Below, in pieces: positions 26,937-36,901 of a DNA stretch of 64,000 bases (positions are counted from its first letter, which is position 1; each line of letters opens with the position of its first letter). The notes beneath the pieces were generated by a model. That model saw only the letters and a list, made by a program, of their open reading frames with translations, searched no databases and was not told where the DNA came from. The position numbers were made by a program, and so were the translations under genes. The stretch comes from a virus, in the IMG/VR virus record IMGVR_UViG_3300024262_000015, positions 64,001 through 128,000 of that record; one strand, given 5' to 3'.

Positions 26937-29345
26937 ATGGCTATTCAGGTAAAATTAACTAACCTAACAAATGAAGGCGTAGAAGTAGATGGCTATGGAA
27001 TTAATCCTCCTGCTGGAACTACGTTAACTCTAGATTTTAGTGATACAGATTATGAAAACATTAAGCCCGCCCTAGAGACTGCTGCGGGGATGGGAGAGAT
27101 TTCTGTAGGGATCAGATTTGTTCCAGGCTCCCCTCCTTTAATAACAAAAGAGGATGGTGTAATTATTGTTCCAGCTACCTCTGCAATGAATTTAAGTGGA
27201 GGAGTAGATGTAGATCTTTCTTCTGATGGCTATACTGCTGATGTTTTTATTCCTGGGGTTAGGGCTACGGTTTTAAATTCCCCTTCTGGAGCAGATGAAG
27301 TTTTAAAAAGCCTGGATGCTAACACTGCTTCTTGGCAAGAAGAGGCAATAATAACCGAAGAATATTTAGTTGGACTTCCTGGAAGTGGTGCTCCATATTC
27401 CTCTATACAAGCAGCTAATGACCAACGAATTTTAGATGGCCATGTAACAGTAAATAACTCTGCTCTAGTTAAAGTTTTGCCCGGTCGTTATGTAGAAGAT
27501 GTTTCTATAAGAACCCCTGGAATTGTAGTTACCGCCGGATACACGGGCGATCCTAAGGGAGGGATAACAAACAACGCTAATTTCTCTACCTTGGTTGGAA
27601 CACTAACTATAGATCTTTCAATTAATCCCGGCACAACTATTTCTGAAAACACCATCCGATGGGAACAGGTAGGATTAGAAAACCAAACAGGATATTGTGT
27701 TGAGTTTTCAGGGTCTATAGCCCAAAAAGTTATCTTTGTTAACGTCAGTGCTGATGGAAACGGGATTCTACGAATGACCAATGGAGGCTTTGGCGGCTCC
27801 TTATCCAGTCCTTATTCTGACGACATTGAGGCACCTACTGCGTCTGCTTGGTATTCAAGTGTATGGTGGTATGGGGGATGGCTGCGCACTGTGTCAGGGT
27901 CTACTAATCCAGTTCTTAAACACGAAGCAGGACAGTTTATAGGTACAGAAACCGCTCTATGGAGAGATGATCGTAGTTTAACTTCAATAGAGTGCTCTTC
28001 TACTCGCGCATGCCTTCTTACTGATGGTTCTGCCTTGGGCACCGTTCTTATGGCAGGCACTAATGCTTTTATTTTAACTCGAAGTTCAATAACTGCTTTT
28101 GATGCAATAGCTATTGATTTCCAAACCGGAAGCTTAACCTTAAGTGATTGTAGTTTATCTGCTTATAATGTCGTTAATAGTATTGCTGGTCCTTCTTCAG
28201 GACGCTTACGTTTTTTTAACCTAAGACAGTTAGATACCGCTCCTTTTACATTAGGAACAGCATGGGATGTTCCTAATGCAGATGTCCAAAGCCTTTATAA
28301 TTCGGTTGGTGCGATACTAAATTTTAGTGATAGCTCCGCCCCTTATAAAGAACAAGATCCTAGCGCTCTTGTCCAGTTACAAAGCAAAGAACGAGGTTTT
28401 CTCCCTCCCGTAATGTCATCTTTTGATCGACTAAACATTGCTACTCCGGCTAGAGGATTAGAGGTTTATGACTCAGATATTAATTACCCCTTTCATTTTA
28501 ACGGAATCCAGTGGTCTGGAGACGGTTACTATTCGCCCCTCGTTCCAAATAATTGGGCACCCCCTATTCCAAATAGCACATCTGAGGCTTTAGATGATCT
28601 AGCAGGAATACCATTTCCTAACCGGGTAAATATATCTGTTAACAAATCTACAATAGATAACTATCAACGAGTAATACCTACCCTGCGTTCACAAACTGGA
28701 CCCAATTTAACTGGAGCTTACAATGGCGGGGGAATCGGGAATAAGCCTATCTTAGGGCTTAGAGGATTTTCGGGCCTTCCTTTAGGAGATATAGATTCCA
28801 TTGAATTTACATGGGAAGATCTTTTACCTGAAACAACTACTTTACTATTATCCTCAGGGCCTGTAGTAGGAGATCATGGAGAGCCTTTGGGATCTTCAGC
28901 CATTGCTTTACTTCCATTTATAAATTTAATTGTTGACCTTAATGGAGATGGCAGTCTAATAAAAATCTTTAACATGTCCCAAACCCTACCGCCCACCAGT
29001 GATACAAACTTTACTGTTACCGCTCTTGGTCCTGATAAATACAACTATCTTTTTGACCCATTGGTAAATACCTTCGAGATAGTACTAGGCCTTCCTCCGG
29101 TTCCCTTTGTCGCGCCTTTTATTAATAATGGCCCGTCTTGGTTTGCCCAGGCCTTCCGAATGGAAGACATTATTGCTCTGGGTGCTTATCCAAACGCAAC
29201 GCTCATAGATATAGCCAGTGGAGATGGTGGGATGCCTAAAGATGTTGTTACGCCTTCTATTGTATTAGCTATGGGCGGATCTAGCAATGTAGATGCAGGG
29301 CTTAAGATAATAGAAGAAATAAAATTTAATGGAGTAAGGCAATGA
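26937..29345 (+). CDS. Putative fibre/spike protein with a beta-helix region
   Basis: YSSIQAA...VLPGRYVEDV beta-helix cap, SALVQLQSKERGFLPPVM...GLEVYDSD fibre module, three DGY. Confidence 0.7.
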   Translation: MAIQVKLTNLTNEGVEVDGYGINPPAGTTLTLDFSDTDYENIKPALETAAGMGEISVGIRFVPGSPPLITKEDGVIIVPATSAMNLSGGVDVDLSSDGYTADVFIPGVRATVLNSPSGADEVLKSLDANTASWQEEAIITEEYLVGLPGSGAPYSSIQAANDQRILDGHVTVNNSALVKVLPGRYVEDVSIRTPGIVVTAGYTGDPKGGITNNANFSTLVGTLTIDLSINPGTTISENTIRWEQVGLENQTGYCVEFSGSIAQKVIFVNVSADGNGILRMTNGGFGGSLSSPYSDDIEAPTASAWYSSVWWYGGWLRTVSGSTNPVLKHEAGQFIGTETALWRDDRSLTSIECSSTRACLLTDGSALGTVLMAGTNAFILTRSSITAFDAIAIDFQTGSLTLSDCSLSAYNVVNSIAGPSSGRLRFFNLRQLDTAPFTLGTAWDVPNADVQSLYNSVGAILNFSDSSAPYKEQDPSALVQLQSKERGFLPPVMSSFDRLNIATPARGLEVYDSDINYPFHFNGIQWSGDGYYSPLVPNNWAPPIPNSTSEALDDLAGIPFPNRVNISVNKSTIDNYQRVIPTLRSQTGPNLTGAYNGGGIGNKPILGLRGFSGLPLGDIDSIEFTWEDLLPETTTLLLSSGPVVGDHGEPLGSSAIALLPFINLIVDLNGDGSLIKIFNMSQTLPPTSDTNFTVTALGPDKYNYLFDPLVNTFEIVLGLPPVPFVAPFINNGPSWFAQAFRMEDIIALGAYPNATLIDIASGDGGMPKDVVTPSIVLAMGGSSNVDAGLKIIEEIKFNGVRQ

Positions 29346-30325
29346 AGATACAGCGAGTTGGAAGTAAAGCATTTATTGAAGAAGACGTTTACCGTTTTTT
29401 AAAGAAAGCACAAGAGGCTGAAGAAATAGAAGCAGAGTTCTCAACCGTTCTGGAGCCGGGAGAAGATTTAACTGAAGCACAAAAAGAACATTATAAAAAA
29501 CATCCATGGCCGTCTTCCTCAGATAAAATGCGCTTAGAAAGACGAGATAAAACACCTCTTAATCGGGATCAGCCCCCTTCTCATGATGCCCCTATTGGTA
29601 AAGGACTACAGCCATTTGAAGAAGCAGAAGGGGATTTATTAAGCACAGAAAGAAAAAAAGAAATTTTTGATGCTCTTGATAATTTAGATTCTGGAGTAGG
29701 AAGCAATGAGGAAGCTTATAAGGTTATTATAAATTACATAAAGAGCATCTGGCAACAGCTTTCTCCTAAAGAACAAACCAATCAACTTTCTTCATCTAAC
29801 CTTGAAAATATTTTAGAATCAGTAGCAATTTTACATGGTAGCTCAGGTCTTAAAGAAAAGGGAAATGAAAAAAGCAATGTTAAAGAGTTTATCTCTTCAG
29901 TTCTTAATAGTACTGAACTAGCTGGTCCATTTTCTTCAGAATCAAAAAAAATGTATGTAGATCTGCTTAGACAATTAGCCGATCCTTCAGCTTGGGAAGG
30001 AAAACAAAATAAACGTTTAGAGCAAGGAACACTTTTAGTTAAAGGGCTTGGATCCTTTATTCCTAAAATGTTAGACCGATTAATTAGTAAAGACCCAGAA
30101 AGTGCTCAAGCTTTTTGGCCAGAAATGCGCAAAACATTAGAACAAGCAAAGTCCTTAACCACTAATGAGCTTTCTCCTACAGAAAGAAAAAATGTTGCTA
30201 ATTTAATTACTTCCTATTTAAGCGATGTCTATTCGGCTCTACAAAAGGCCTATACAAAGGAAGAGATTATTAGACTAACTAAAAATAGGTACCTAAACCA
30301 ATTCAAAAAACCTCGTGCGTTTTAA
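29342..30325 (+). CDS. Putative internal head protein
   Basis: 327 aa helical ORF with FLKKAQ near the N-terminus. Confidence 0.6.
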   Translation: MKIQRVGSKAFIEEDVYRFLKKAQEAEEIEAEFSTVLEPGEDLTEAQKEHYKKHPWPSSSDKMRLERRDKTPLNRDQPPSHDAPIGKGLQPFEEAEGDLLSTERKKEIFDALDNLDSGVGSNEEAYKVIINYIKSIWQQLSPKEQTNQLSSSNLENILESVAILHGSSGLKEKGNEKSNVKEFISSVLNSTELAGPFSSESKKMYVDLLRQLADPSAWEGKQNKRLEQGTLLVKGLGSFIPKMLDRLISKDPESAQAFWPEMRKTLEQAKSLTTNELSPTERKNVANLITSYLSDVYSALQKAYTKEEIIRLTKNRYLNQFKKPRAF

Positions 30326-30733
30326 AAACATGTAAAATCTTTCTTTAATCTCATTAATAGATTTCGAACTATCTGTTTGACTTCTAACCAACACAACTGA
30401 ATGGTGGTCCATAAGTTTATAAAAAGATTTTCTATATCTAATATTTAGATTATCATTACATCTAAAAATAGAAGCAATGCCAGACTCATACAATAAGCGA
30501 AAACTATAGATCTTTTCTAAGGACGATGTGGGCTCCTCTAGAGGACATTTCACACTAAGCTCTTTTTTTAAAAATGACTCTAAAAGAGATTCCTGTACTA
30601 CCTTGTCAGAAAACGGTATTAAAGGTCGAATAAATTTATCCCTTTCTTCTTCAGTAAGATCTTCGGCCCAGGAGCTTACTAAAAAATATAATGTTGATTC
30701 AGGACATAACATAGACTTGCAATAGGTATTCAC
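30293..30733 (-). CDS. Hypothetical protein
   Basis: 146 aa ORF filling a gap in + strand genes. Confidence 0.55.
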   Translation of the reverse strand: MNTYCKSMLCPESTLYFLVSSWAEDLTEEERDKFIRPLIPFSDKVVQESLLESFLKKELSVKCPLEEPTSSLEKIYSFRLLYESGIASIFRCNDNLNIRYRKSFYKLMDHHSVVLVRSQTDSSKSINEIKERFYMFLKRTRFFELV

Positions 30734-30813
30734 GAAAAAAGAATGTCAAAAAACAATATGAAAGTCAAGATCTTTTATTCTCTCCATTGATATAATATTC
30801 GAGTATAGATACG

Positions 30814-31089
30814 ATGATCCCTGATGACCTCAAAAAGGCTGCTCTTTCTATCGGCGCTCGTCCCGTTACAGTTTCTTCAGAAAATTCACGGGCGTTTATG
30901 CTGTGGTTTGCCATCCTTATAGGAGTTGGAACCTTGTTTAACGCAGCATTCGTTTGGCTGGTTTCCATTTTTCTACCCGTCTTAGCACTCCCTCTTATGA
31001 TGGGTCCCAGTGCTTGGATGATGTGGTGGGTAATTACACAAAGATCAAAAGGGCATCTTAAACTTGAAGATAAAGAAGGAGATTTCTAA
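30814..31089 (+). CDS. Small membrane protein
   Basis: Long hydrophobic stretch. TGATATATAAT extended -10-like element upstream. Confidence 0.65.
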   Translation: MIPDDLKKAALSIGARPVTVSSENSRAFMLWFAILIGVGTLFNAAFVWLVSIFLPVLALPLMMGPSAWMMWWVITQRSKGHLKLEDKEGDF

Positions 31090-31090
31090 C

Positions 31091-31486
31091 ATGTACAAAT
31101 ACTCACAAACCAATGTTACTTCTACAAGTGACCTGGATCCCCCCTCCACCCAACTATTTTTAGACAAGAATGAAGATAAAATCCGTAGAGCCGCTCAAGG
31201 AAAATCGGGCCAAGAGAATGTAATTGCTTTTCTTGATTGGGCAGATCATCTTCTGAATCCTAAAGAGGGTTTTGGGGCAGTTACTAGTGGACAACAAGCT
31301 GCAATTTCTGGTGGCGAAATGGTTAAGAAAATGTTTAAAGAAGACGAAATCTCTTTGCCTACTTCTGCACAGTCCCGAAGCGCAATAAGAATTGTAGATC
31401 ACATTATTGACGCTATTAGAAATACTAAAACTGCCTCACTCCCTAAGTATGTTTACGACATGCTCAAGGTTGCTAGCCGATTCTAA
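31091..31486 (+). CDS. Hypothetical protein (KTA, KVA motifs)
   Basis: ATG 31091 with AAGGAG SD (track start 31064). Confidence 0.7.
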   Translation: MYKYSQTNVTSTSDLDPPSTQLFLDKNEDKIRRAAQGKSGQENVIAFLDWADHLLNPKEGFGAVTSGQQAAISGGEMVKKMFKEDEISLPTSAQSRSAIRIVDHIIDAIRNTKTASLPKYVYDMLKVASRF

Positions 31487-31586
31487 TTAGAAAATTTTCA
31501 AACTTATATTCCTAGCTATTTTAAATAGTTAGGAATGTTTGTTTATAAGTCATTAAAAGTGAACCTAATTTTGGTGCATTTTATAT

Positions 31587-31865
31587 ATGACTGAAGAGTT
31601 TATTGAACTACTAGAAGCTTTAATTGTTAGTTACATTGCCGATGAGGGAGAAAAATTACAAGAGGTGTATAAAGCTATAGCCTACAGTCTAGGAAAAATC
31701 GAAACATTAGCGAAACAAAAAGATGTAGATATAGAAATTTTGGAACGCATTTTTAAAGCTCACTATCAAATTGGAAAAGATGATGCTTTAGATTATGTAA
31801 ACAAAGATGAAAATATAAAAATAAAAGATGAAAAAATAAAAGATCCAAATAAGTTAATGAATTAA
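31587..31865 (+). CDS. Hypothetical protein
   Basis: 92 aa helical ORF. Confidence 0.7.
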   Translation: MTEEFIELLEALIVSYIADEGEKLQEVYKAIAYSLGKIETLAKQKDVDIEILERIFKAHYQIGKDDALDYVNKDENIKIKDEKIKDPNKLMN

Positions 31866-32484
31866 ACTACCTTGGGTTTTGAAAAAGATATCAGGTTGTT
31901 TCTCCAAAACCAATGAAGGCTCGAATATAGGACTCTAAGTTTAGCCGTACCCCTAAACAGCGCTATACTAGGGGTACGTTCTACCATCTCTGTAAAAAGA
32001 GAGCGCGTTCCCATCAGTGAGCCTTCAGTCTTACACAACTGGGAGAACTATTAGGAAATACCTAATAGTTGAGATCATATAGCTGAAGTATGGAGTTTTG
32101 AGCAACCCCGCCCTCTCTAGATCAAACAGAATGCAACGAGAGTACACCACAACCAGGACAACCTCGCTCTAGCACGGGTTCTGGGCTCTGGCGCGATTCA
32201 AGGCTACATCAAAAAGTAATCAAGATCCTAATTACTGAGAAACGTTTAGAAGGAACGACTGGGAATAGAGGTAACCTTTCTTCGTTTAACTATCTCTTTA
32301 ATTGATTACGCTTCATTTAGTAAGATCAGGAAACAGTAGAAGAGTCTGAATTAGCATCTATTAGGCCTATAGAGTTCTGTATTAGATCTATAAGGTACCT
32401 AAGGTAGGCTACGCAGAGCATCTCCAGAACGCAGACCCCCTCCCCACGAGGCAGGTTAGTGCTAGCTTTAGAAGGGTAGATAAA

Positions 32485-33186
32485 ATGGAAACAAAGGTAG
32501 ATCCTCAAGGAAGAAAGGTTTTTACACAACCTAAGTTAGAAATCGTAGATGATGATGGCAAAATAAAAAGAAAGAGTAGTAAGTTTAAAAGAGTAGAGTG
32601 GGCACAAAGAGTAGGTAAATCTCCTGATGTTTTGGGAATAGATTGGGGACCAAAGTATTTAATAACAAGTGATGGTAAAAAGATTAATAATTATGAAGCA
32701 GGAATTTCCGAGTTAGACTTAAGGAAATATTTTAGAGAAGTGGGGAAAGAACTCTTTACAGAAAAGAAGGTAGTTGTTTTAGAGAGTTTAAATCATCCTA
32801 ATTCTAAAATATTAAATAATGTTTTTTCTGCAGTAGAAGATGGAAAAGTATTGTTTGCACATACATGGTTTCCTTCTACACAAACATGTAATTCGTGTCT
32901 TTATAGGGGCTTTCCTCTTCAGGGCTCAACACGAAGCTGGACTTGTACTAGGTGTAAAGCTAAGTTGGATAGAGATATAAATGCAGCCCAGAATTTACAG
33001 CTTCTTGGGTCTTTGTATGAAAGCCAGGGAAAGACGGATAAACATATTCCTATTTCCTTTTGGTATCCTCCCTCTACAGAAGCACGGAAAAAATTTGATA
33101 GGAAGTTATGCAAAAAAAGAAAAAAAGAACGAAAAAGAAAAGCAAATTCTCGGGTAAGAAGCAATCCAAGTTATCAAAGGTTTTAA
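32485..33186 (+). CDS. Truncated TnpB-like (IS200/IS605) RuvC and Zn-ribbon protein
   Basis: LGIDWG, VVLESL, PSTQTCNSC...WTCTRC...LDRDINAAQNL. The N-terminal half of TnpB is absent. Confidence 0.8.
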   Translation: METKVDPQGRKVFTQPKLEIVDDDGKIKRKSSKFKRVEWAQRVGKSPDVLGIDWGPKYLITSDGKKINNYEAGISELDLRKYFREVGKELFTEKKVVVLESLNHPNSKILNNVFSAVEDGKVLFAHTWFPSTQTCNSCLYRGFPLQGSTRSWTCTRCKAKLDRDINAAQNLQLLGSLYESQGKTDKHIPISFWYPPSTEARKKFDRKLCKKRKKERKRKANSRVRSNPSYQRF

Positions 33187-33283
33187 AGCGGAAGGTTTCT
33201 AAATATGCTTGGGAGACAACTAAGACGGCTATTGCTCCATCATTTAGAACGGAGGATTTAGAAGAGATGAAGAAAGGAGTTTT

Positions 33284-33676
33284 ATGAAAGAGGAAAAGGT
33301 ATCAGGAGTTTTATTTTATTGTCCCGAAGACCAAACTGTATTCCTTGTTCTCCGAGGGCCTGGTGGCGACTATGAGAACACTTGGGGCGTACCAGGAGGG
33401 CACATCGAAAAGGGCGAAGGGAGCTTAGAAGCGGCGCTGAGAGAGGTTAAGGAGGAGCTTGGAGGTATGCCGGCTTGTACCCTTAGAGGTAGCTGTTTAA
33501 CCCATGTTCCCAAACTCTACAGGACATTTAAAGCTGATTTAGATAAAGAAGCAAAAGAAAAATGGCGACCCAAGCTTAATAAAGAAAACTATGAAGGAAA
33601 GTGGTTTAGCATTAAAGATCTTCCTAAAAAAAAGCATCCTAGTTTAGAAGATATTGTGCAGAAGCTGGTATCTTAG
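33284..33676 (+). CDS. Nudix hydrolase
   Basis: Nudix box [22 protein letters not shown]. Confidence 0.93.
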   Translation: MKEEKVSGVLFYCPEDQTVFLVLRGPGGDYENTWGVPGGHIEKGEGSLEAALREVKEELGGMPACTLRGSCLTHVPKLYRTFKADLDKEAKEKWRPKLNKENYEGKWFSIKDLPKKKHPSLEDIVQKLVS

Positions 33677-33678
33677 GT

Positions 33679-34158
33679 ATGGGTCATAAAGAAGATCTTG
33701 TAATTATTATCCGCGTGAAGGAAAAAATTAAAGATCATCCTGTTGTTAAAAGGATGTTTAGGAAGTATAAAGTTCCTGATGATGAATTAGATTATGTACC
33801 AATGGCTTTTAAAGAGGGCCTAGATGTGTCTGCTAGAACTGCTCATGGTTGTATATTCTTTAATCCTGATTTAAAGAATGCAGATGAAGAAGAACAAGAG
33901 CATTATATGATTCATGAGCTTTTACATTATCTTGATCAAAGCACAGGAACCGAGCCAACTAACGGCTCAGAGCATGGAAGCTATCTTGATAATCCAGAAG
34001 AAGTTGAGGCTTTTCAAAATCAAATAGCCTATATTCACGATTCTCAAAGCCCTCGTGATGCTCATGAGTATGTTGAAAAGGTTGTGAATCATCATGACTT
34101 AAAGGGCAAGAAAAGACACAAGAAGAAGGAACAGCTTTTAGATAAGTGTGATGATTAA
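33679..34158 (+). CDS. Zincin-like metallopeptidase-motif protein
   Basis: HELLH (HExxH) with downstream YLDNPEEVEAF. Confidence 0.7.
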   Translation: MGHKEDLVIIIRVKEKIKDHPVVKRMFRKYKVPDDELDYVPMAFKEGLDVSARTAHGCIFFNPDLKNADEEEQEHYMIHELLHYLDQSTGTEPTNGSEHGSYLDNPEEVEAFQNQIAYIHDSQSPRDAHEYVEKVVNHHDLKGKKRHKKKEQLLDKCDD

Positions 34159-34252
34159 GGACTATTGATCGTGAGCTTTTAGATAGTCATCGCATTGAAG
34201 CCCGACAAAGGAGTTCGCTTAATGCCTTATCAATGTTTTAGTATTTCTTTGT

Positions 34253-35848
34253 ATGTCTCCTTGTTTTCCGCCTCGACCAGTATATGCCAACCCTCCGCTT
34301 AGAGGCATAGATCTAGCTGCCTCTATTGGTGATGGCGATCATATTAAATTACGTTGGTTCCGAGCTTATTCTCCTGACCCAGCTTATCAGGTTGTAAACA
34401 ATATTTATTATTCCACAAGATATGAAGATGTGTTTGCCGAGGGGGTTAAGTATGTTGTTATTGATCCTTTAGAGTTAAAGATTATTTTTGGAGACTTTAG
34501 GCCAGGCGATACATTTTATTTTGGTGTGAAATCCGCTCTTCATCAAATTAGTCTTAATGATATAAATGGCCTTCCTTTAAGTATTGAGGGTTGTCGTTTT
34601 TATCCTGAAGAGCCTCTAGTCTCAACCATATCTGCTACAGCTTTAGTGGTACCGATTTTGGATGTAACTGATTTTCCCCCGTATGGAGTTCTGCAAATAG
34701 GGGCAGAGCTAATGAGTTACGAAAACAAAAATGCTGTTGATAATACTCTTTTGATTGGTGAAAGAGGACTGTATGGGACGTTTCCTAGAGAGCATACACC
34801 CGATGGATATGATGGGTATCGGTTTTATGATAACCCGTTAGTTAGATTTTTTATCGGATGGCAAGATGATAATATTGGTTTAGATCTTTCTACCAGCACT
34901 TTTATTTATCCGCATCAAATATGGACGCCTTCAGATGGGTATGCCAAAGTTACACAGGATTTAGTTACAACTCCTTTGGGGGCGGTTGAAGTAGAGGAGG
35001 AAGGGTTTAAGCCTTTTGATTATTCGGGTTATCGAAGAACTGATTTTATTAAAATGTTAAATGGCGAGTGTGTTGCGTCTTATTATGGTGGGGACATTTA
35101 TTGCGATGATGGTTATGGAAAGTGTGTGCGAGTTCGCGGGTTGCCTATTAATGAGTTCAATAGTCAGCGTGAAGAGCTTTTGTTGAGCTTGACCGGAGAA
35201 CCAGTTGTTTTGGTTCGTAGAATGTGGACCGGGATAAGGTGCGATTGTGTAGGAATAGATCGAGAAACCCCTGAATATCGTTGCCCAAATTGCTATGGAG
35301 GAGGGTTTGTTACCAGCTATAATCAGTATTACAATCCTAGGAGAAGTGATAGAAGAATAATGATGAGGTTTGAGCCGGCGGTTGATGACTTAATTCCGAT
35401 TGAGTCTGGTTTAGAATTAGATTATAAACCGAACTCTTGGACCCTTATTGTTCCGACTCTTAAAGAACGAGATTTTGTAATTAGATTTAATGTTGATGGT
35501 ACTGAAGAATTTCGTTACATGATTATGAATGTAACAAGAAATAAAATTCTTCTTAATCATTATGGTGCTCAGAAAATGGCTTTGGCTCGGATTAGAAAAA
35601 CTGATCCGATCTATCAGTGGAACGCCCTTCCAGATGCACAGAACTTTCCAGAAAATCTTATTACTTCTATTGGGTTTGTTCCTGGCCCTGAAGGAATCCC
35701 ACCTCATACTCATAGATGGGTTAAGTCCGAAAGAATGGAAGATGATTGCTTAAATCAGACCACTAGTATTTCTCAAGACCACAATCATCCAATACGTGGA
35801 AATGAGGTAGTGCCTGTATTAGGACATACACATCGATTAATATTTTAA
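34253..35848 (+). CDS. Putative head-closure/neck protein with FN3-like N-terminus and Cys/His metal sites
   Basis: GEPVVLVRR...CDC...CPNCYGGGF block, C-terminal HTH/HNH/HTH His triplets, four DGY. Confidence 0.6.
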   Translation: MSPCFPPRPVYANPPLRGIDLAASIGDGDHIKLRWFRAYSPDPAYQVVNNIYYSTRYEDVFAEGVKYVVIDPLELKIIFGDFRPGDTFYFGVKSALHQISLNDINGLPLSIEGCRFYPEEPLVSTISATALVVPILDVTDFPPYGVLQIGAELMSYENKNAVDNTLLIGERGLYGTFPREHTPDGYDGYRFYDNPLVRFFIGWQDDNIGLDLSTSTFIYPHQIWTPSDGYAKVTQDLVTTPLGAVEVEEEGFKPFDYSGYRRTDFIKMLNGECVASYYGGDIYCDDGYGKCVRVRGLPINEFNSQREELLLSLTGEPVVLVRRMWTGIRCDCVGIDRETPEYRCPNCYGGGFVTSYNQYYNPRRSDRRIMMRFEPAVDDLIPIESGLELDYKPNSWTLIVPTLKERDFVIRFNVDGTEEFRYMIMNVTRNKILLNHYGAQKMALARIRKTDPIYQWNALPDAQNFPENLITSIGFVPGPEGIPPHTHRWVKSERMEDDCLNQTTSISQDHNHPIRGNEVVPVLGHTHRLIF

Positions 35849-35882
35849 ATATAAACTCCATTAATGAAACAGCATTCTTCTT

Positions 35883-36248
35883 ATGGAAGATACATTAGCT
35901 CAGGTTTTAACTCTATCAAATGTGGTTTTTTGTTTAATGATTTCGGTCCTTGTCTTTGTTATTAGACGTGGAGTAAATGCATTTTGGAAAAGCGCCAAAC
36001 AAAATAAAATATGGAATGAATTAATTCTTCCTATTCTTCCTTTGGTAACTGGAGGATGTTTGGCTGCATCCATTTCTGCGTGGCCCTACCCAGAAGACTT
36101 TCAAACCTTCGGGGCCAGAGTAATTTTTGGATGTGTGGCCGGGCTTTTTTCCGCACATACTTATAGAGTAGTCCACAATATGATTAAGAAAAGGGAAGAG
36201 GAAAAAGGAGTGGAGAAATCGTCCGAAAATTTAGGTGGGCCCCTATAG
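35883..36248 (+). CDS. Holin-like membrane protein
   Basis: Three hydrophobic helices, LPILPLVTG and GCVAGLFS, charged C-terminal tail. Confidence 0.6.
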   Translation: MEDTLAQVLTLSNVVFCLMISVLVFVIRRGVNAFWKSAKQNKIWNELILPILPLVTGGCLAASISAWPYPEDFQTFGARVIFGCVAGLFSAHTYRVVHNMIKKREEEKGVEKSSENLGGPL

Positions 36249-36263
36249 TTTTTATCACCCACC

Positions 36264-36298
36264 AAAAAAAGCCCAGACCCCTCATAAGAGGTCTGGGC
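36264..36298 (-). terminator. Rho-independent terminator for the minus-strand gene
   Basis: A7-GCCCAGACC...GGTCTGGGC. Confidence 0.85.
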
Positions 36299-36322
36299 AC
36301 AACCTGGAAAGGGAGAGGGTTG

Positions 36323-36901
36323 TTAGACGGTGAGATTATTGAGCCACTCTTTGTCGGAATCAGTAAGCTTGTTGCTGATTACGCGCCAGTTAAGAGCGTA
36401 CATGGGGTTGATGGAAAGCTGCTCTGCTTCCAAACCGTTTTGACGAGACTGGATGGAGGGGAAAGCAATGGCCTGGATTTGGTGCGTGTAGCCCTGGCCC
36501 GAGATGGTAAGGTTGGCGTTCCACTGCGAAAGAGTCATCACAGTGTTAGCAACAGCGGCTACGGGCAGGTTCTTGAGGGAGACAAGGTTGCCATCACGAA
36601 GAGCCGAAAGAATCTCTCCGATTGCTGACGAATGGTCCGGGTCAAATGAGGTGGCGGGGATTTCGAGGTTGCCCATGATGAGAGTGCCGTTGTCCAATTT
36701 GCGAGCAGCACCGATTTCGTTAGCACCAAAAAATGCCTCGTCCGTTCTTTCCTCTAGGTAATTGCGGTCGATGCTGGTTGCTACAGTAAACTGAACTCCA
36801 AAAATTTTATTGAGACCTTGTACTACCGGATTGAGAAAAGCTTCGGTGGGCTGAGAGGAAGATCCGTTGGTTTGTTCTTGATTGTTTTCAGTGGTTTCCA
36901 T
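36323..36901 (-). CDS. Hypothetical protein on the opposite strand
   Basis: 192 aa ORF with its own terminator and C-rich codon usage. Confidence 0.75.
   Translation of the reverse strand: METTENNQEQTNGSSSQPTEAFLNPVVQGLNKIFGVQFTVATSIDRNYLEERTDEAFFGANEIGAARKLDNGTLIMGNLEIPATSFDPDHSSAIGEILSALRDGNLVSLKNLPVAAVANTVMTLSQWNANLTISGQGYTHQIQAIAFPSIQSRQNGLEAEQLSINPMYALNWRVISNKLTDSDKEWLNNLTV

Noticed and set aside
32485-33186. Cas12f or a complete IS605 element
   Set aside because: No array, tnpA or recognisable ends, and the protein lacks the N-terminal recognition lobe
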